Source: Betaproteobacteria bacterium (GTDB lineage: Bacteria > Pseudomonadota > Gammaproteobacteria > Burkholderiales > SG8-41). From it: a stretch of 64,000 nt of DNA. Below are positions 59,310-64,000 of the stretch, piece by piece. How positions within the stretch are numbered: position 1 is the stretch's first letter; each line of letters opens with the position of its first letter. The notes beneath the pieces are model-generated. The model had not been told where the DNA came from, searched no databases, and was given only the letters and a program-made list of their open reading frames with translations. The DNA is taken from NCBI GenBank assembly GCA_028291945.1, contig JAQGNH010000247.1:392-64391 (forward strand), read 5' to 3'. The translations under genes were made by a program, and so were the position numbers.

Positions 59310-60002
59310 TTATATTGGCTCGAGGCCTTTGCGCCTGATGACCGGAGCAGTGTCCGGGGCGGTAAAGAACTTGATGAGCGCCCGCGCTGCATCAGGCGCC
59401 TTCGATGCGACAGGCACACCCGCCGAAAAAACGGTGATCTCCTGAACGTCCGGCGGTAGCGGTCCGACCAGATCGATCCCGGGGACCGGAAGCAGCTCAC
59501 TGATTTGCTGGAAGCCGATTTCGGCTTCGCCGCGCGCCACGACTGCCCCCGCCGGCTCACCCTGAACCTGCTTCACCTTGGTCTTGATCTCCTCGGCAAT
59601 GCCCATCCGGCTGAACAGTCCCGCGAGATAAATACCGCTGGGTCCGGTGGAGTACACGATGGACTTCGCGGCAACCACTGCACGCCTCAGGGCTTCCCCT
59701 GAGCTCAAGTCCGGCTTGGGCGCGCCGGTCCGAACGGCAGCGCCAATCCCCGATCTCGCGAGGTCGTAGCGCCCCTTCTTCGCGACGAGCCCGAGCCTGA
59801 TCAGCTCATCGAGCGACGCTGCAGACAGGATCACGATATCGACGGTCTCGCCGTCCTGGAGCCGGTTCATGATCTTGACGCTGGGCACCCATAGCGATGT
59901 CACCTTGTTGCCAGTGGTGCGTTCGAATTCGGGCACGAGCTCCAGATAAGCCTCTTTGAAGGCCGCGGACAACATCACTTTGATTTCAGTCGGATCTAAC
60001 AT
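59310..60002 (-). CDS. ModA-like type-II periplasmic-binding-fold protein lacking a signal peptide
   Basis: MLDPTEIKVMLSAAFKEAYLELVPEFERTTGNKV… An in-frame TAG 14 codons upstream of the ATG excludes a longer N-terminus. Confidence 0.7.
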   Translation of the reverse strand: MLDPTEIKVMLSAAFKEAYLELVPEFERTTGNKVTSLWVPSVKIMNRLQDGETVDIVILSAASLDELIRLGLVAKKGRYDLARSGIGAAVRTGAPKPDLSSGEALRRAVVAAKSIVYSTGPSGIYLAGLFSRMGIAEEIKTKVKQVQGEPAGAVVARGEAEIGFQQISELLPVPGIDLVGPLPPDVQEITVFSAGVPVASKAPDAARALIKFFTAPDTAPVIRRKGLEPI

Positions 60003-60056
60003 TTGTTTGTCCGTCAGGGTGAGCCTCCGGTAGCAGCACTGCTACTCCGCAAAGCC

Positions 60057-61040
60057 TCACTCCGCGCTCATGCCGGTCGCGGCGACGACCTTCGCCCATT
60101 TCTCGACTTCGCTTTTGACGAACGGCGCGAATGCGTCCGTAGCGAGCGGCGAGGGTTCAGCGCCCTGAGCTTGGAAACGTGCGGCCACGTCCGGCTGACG
60201 TACGATGCGCAACGATTCGCTGTTCAGCTTCTCCACTATCGCGCGCGGTGTACCGGCCGGTGCAAAAAGCCCCAGCCAATTCAACATTTCGTATCCAGGC
60301 AATCCGCTTTCCGCAATCGTCGGGAGGTTCGGCAGCACCGCGGAGCGCTTCCCGGCCGTGACAGCCAACGCCCTCAGCTTGCCCGCTTTCGTCTGTGGCG
60401 AAACGGAAGCCGCCGTGCCGAACGTGACGGGAACCTCTCCTGCAAGTAACGCGACGATTGCCGGACCGCCGCCTTTGAAAGGCACGTGCACCAGCTTCAC
60501 ACGCGCGAGGTGCTCGAAGAGTACCGCAGCCAGATGTGTCGACGTTCCGGATCCTGCAGATGCGTAATTGATCTGGCCGGGCCTGGCGCGGGCGAGCGCG
60601 ATCAGCTCCTTCACCGAACGCACCGGAAGGGACGGATGCACGGCAAGTATGCTCGGCGCATCCGCAAGCCGCGCTATCGGCTGGAAATCCCGCAGGACGT
60701 TGTAGGGCAGCTTTGGATAGAGGCTCTGATTGACACCGTGCGTGCCTGCGCTGCCGACGGTAAGTGTGTACCCGTCGGGCGCCGCACGTGCCACGATTTC
60801 AGTGCCGACGATGCCACCCGCGCCGCCACGGTTTTCCACGACCACCTGCTGGCCGATCGCGGTGCTGAGCGGCGCCGATACGACGCGAGCGGTGAAGTCG
60901 ACGAATCCCCCGGGGGGAAATCCCACGACCATGCGTATCGGCTTCGCCGGATAGCTTTCGGCCGCACTGATATGGCCGCACATTGCGCATCCGGCGAGAA
61001 CCGCAACCAACCTCCACACACGACCGACCGTCTCCTGCAT
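60057..61040 (-). CDS. Bug-family (TctC-like) periplasmic substrate-binding protein
   Basis: MQETVGRVWRLVAVLAGCAMCGHISAAESYPAKPIRMVVGFPPGG. Confidence 0.9.
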   Translation of the reverse strand: MQETVGRVWRLVAVLAGCAMCGHISAAESYPAKPIRMVVGFPPGGFVDFTARVVSAPLSTAIGQQVVVENRGGAGGIVGTEIVARAAPDGYTLTVGSAGTHGVNQSLYPKLPYNVLRDFQPIARLADAPSILAVHPSLPVRSVKELIALARARPGQINYASAGSGTSTHLAAVLFEHLARVKLVHVPFKGGGPAIVALLAGEVPVTFGTAASVSPQTKAGKLRALAVTAGKRSAVLPNLPTIAESGLPGYEMLNWLGLFAPAGTPRAIVEKLNSESLRIVRQPDVAARFQAQGAEPSPLATDAFAPFVKSEVEKWAKVVAATGMSAE

Positions 61041-61221
61041 TTTGATCTCCGAGTCCTTTTCCTGCGTAATCACCGAACGCGGAATTCAAACCTAACACGG
61101 CAGTTCGCTGACTTGCAATCGACACCACACGCGCGCAATCATCAGGGCCGATGACACGCAGAATGCACTACACTTGCTCTGAGCAAGGGCACCTGCGCAG
61201 TCCCGGTTATCAGGAGGTCGA

Positions 61222-62202
61222 GTGAGCAAGACGCATGTGGCGTTCGAAAGGCTCGCAGTGACGCTACTCGCGTTCGTGCCAGTCTTCGCGTCGGACGTTT
61301 CAGCTCAGAACTATCCGAGCAGAGCCGGCCGTATCATCGTACCGTTTCAGCCGGGCGGTGGCGCCGATATCCAGGCGCGCATATTGGGCAAAAAGTTTTA
61401 CGAAAGCATGGGACAGACTTTCGTCGTGGATAATCGTAGCGGCGCCGGCGGAACAATAGGTGCGGAGATCGTGGCGAAAGCACAGCCGGATGGCTACACC
61501 TTACTGTTCTCGACCGCCTCTCTCGCTGTCAACGCAACGCTGCAGAAGAAACCGGGCTTCGATCCTCTGAAGGATCTCGCGCCGGTGAGCTGGTTTAGTT
61601 CGGCCCCTCTGGTTCTCGTCGTGCATCCGAGCGTGCCGGCGAGAACCGTCAAGGACCTTGTCGCCCTCGCCCGTCAGAACCGCGGCAAGCTGAACGCGGG
61701 CTCCAACGGCAGCGGCACGACGAGCCATCTCGCGATAGAAATGTTCAAGCAGTACGCAGGCGTATCGGTCACGCACGTGCCCTACAAGGGCGGGGGTCCG
61801 GCGGCTCAGGCGATCATGGCCGGAGAAGTCGACATGCGATTCACAGGACAGCTTGCAGTTCTGCCGCACCTCAAAGCGGGTCGCGTGAGACCGCTTGCGA
61901 TCGCATCGACGCGCAAGTCATCGATCATGCCTGAGCTGCCGACGCTGGATTCGATGTATCCGGGTTTCGACGCCGACAACTGGTACGCGATGTTCATTAC
62001 GGCCGGGACGCCGAAGGATGTGATTGCGAAACTGAGCACCGAGATCGTGAAGGTACTTCAGGTACCGGACATGCGCGAGGCCATCACCAAGGATGGCGCG
62101 GAGCCTGTCGGCAGCACACCCGCAGAGCTTGGCGCCTATTTCAGACGCGAAGTCGAAAAGTACGCGAAAGTCATACGCGCCGCCAACGTGCAAGTCGAGT
62201 AG
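61222..62202 (+). CDS. Bug-family (TctC-like) periplasmic substrate-binding protein
   Basis: GTG start downstream of AGGAGG. …SAQNYPSRAGRIIVPFQPGGGAD…. Confidence 0.9.
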   Translation: MSKTHVAFERLAVTLLAFVPVFASDVSAQNYPSRAGRIIVPFQPGGGADIQARILGKKFYESMGQTFVVDNRSGAGGTIGAEIVAKAQPDGYTLLFSTASLAVNATLQKKPGFDPLKDLAPVSWFSSAPLVLVVHPSVPARTVKDLVALARQNRGKLNAGSNGSGTTSHLAIEMFKQYAGVSVTHVPYKGGGPAAQAIMAGEVDMRFTGQLAVLPHLKAGRVRPLAIASTRKSSIMPELPTLDSMYPGFDADNWYAMFITAGTPKDVIAKLSTEIVKVLQVPDMREAITKDGAEPVGSTPAELGAYFRREVEKYAKVIRAANVQVE

Positions 62203-62266
62203 GCGCACGCTCGGCGAGGCCGGCCTCACTGCTGGTTTAGAATATGCTTTTGCTACGCCCCCTACG

Positions 62267-64000
<1,734 letters not shown>

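Overview
High-GC (about 65%) chromosomal core region, by gene content and order a betaproteobacterium (Burkholderiales-like). All product calls come from reading motifs in the supplied translations and my own translations; no database search was possible.

Gene content, left to right:
- 1-9011: a GntR-controlled accessory catabolic and transport locus. It holds a split UxaA/SuyAB-like dehydratase, an SdhB-D-C-like module with no flavoprotein gene, a signal-less sulfatase, a Bug/TctC binding protein followed by a TauB/TauC-like ABC pair, and a class I fumarase-type hydro-lyase.
- 9148-15472: a secreted Ala-rich protein, then rplS-trmD-rimM-rpsP, a nitroreductase and ffh.
- 15496-21481: ypjD-like gene, pilC-pilD-coaE-zapD-yacG, and a Nudix-ThiE fusion.
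- 21545-28087: DUF815 ATPase, argJ, secA, an M23 peptidase and a DciA-like gene.
- 28304-47760, minus strand: a complete dcw cluster, mraZ-rsmH-ftsL-ftsI-murE-murF-mraY-murD-ftsW-murG-murC-murB-ddl-ftsQ-ftsA-ftsZ-lpxC.
- 47808-48428: the Pmra promoter with MraZ boxes, and RNase P RNA.
- 48597-57337: a disrupted chaC, pyrC, rsmI, lpoA-yraN-diaA-dolP-rfaE2 and birA-coaX.
- 57388-64000: a cluster of three further Bug paralogs and the start of glnS.

Most unusual observations:
1. The 3' tails of mraY and ftsW are each present twice. An orphan copy sits 160 bp and 95 bp downstream of the in-use copy. The two mraY tails differ only by synonymous codons. Each in-use tail is enclosed by a long-range inverted repeat. 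The two scars share short motifs and bracket murD-ftsW.
2. A 198-bp MITE-like element with 23-bp terminal inverted repeats lies upstream of the frdB-like gene.
3. A GAATG-rich element of about 30 nt recurs immediately 5' of two unrelated start codons.
4. The organosulfur-flavoured locus has a TctC-type binding protein in the position where TauA normally sits.

No integrase, transposase, CRISPR array, tRNA or rRNA gene was seen.
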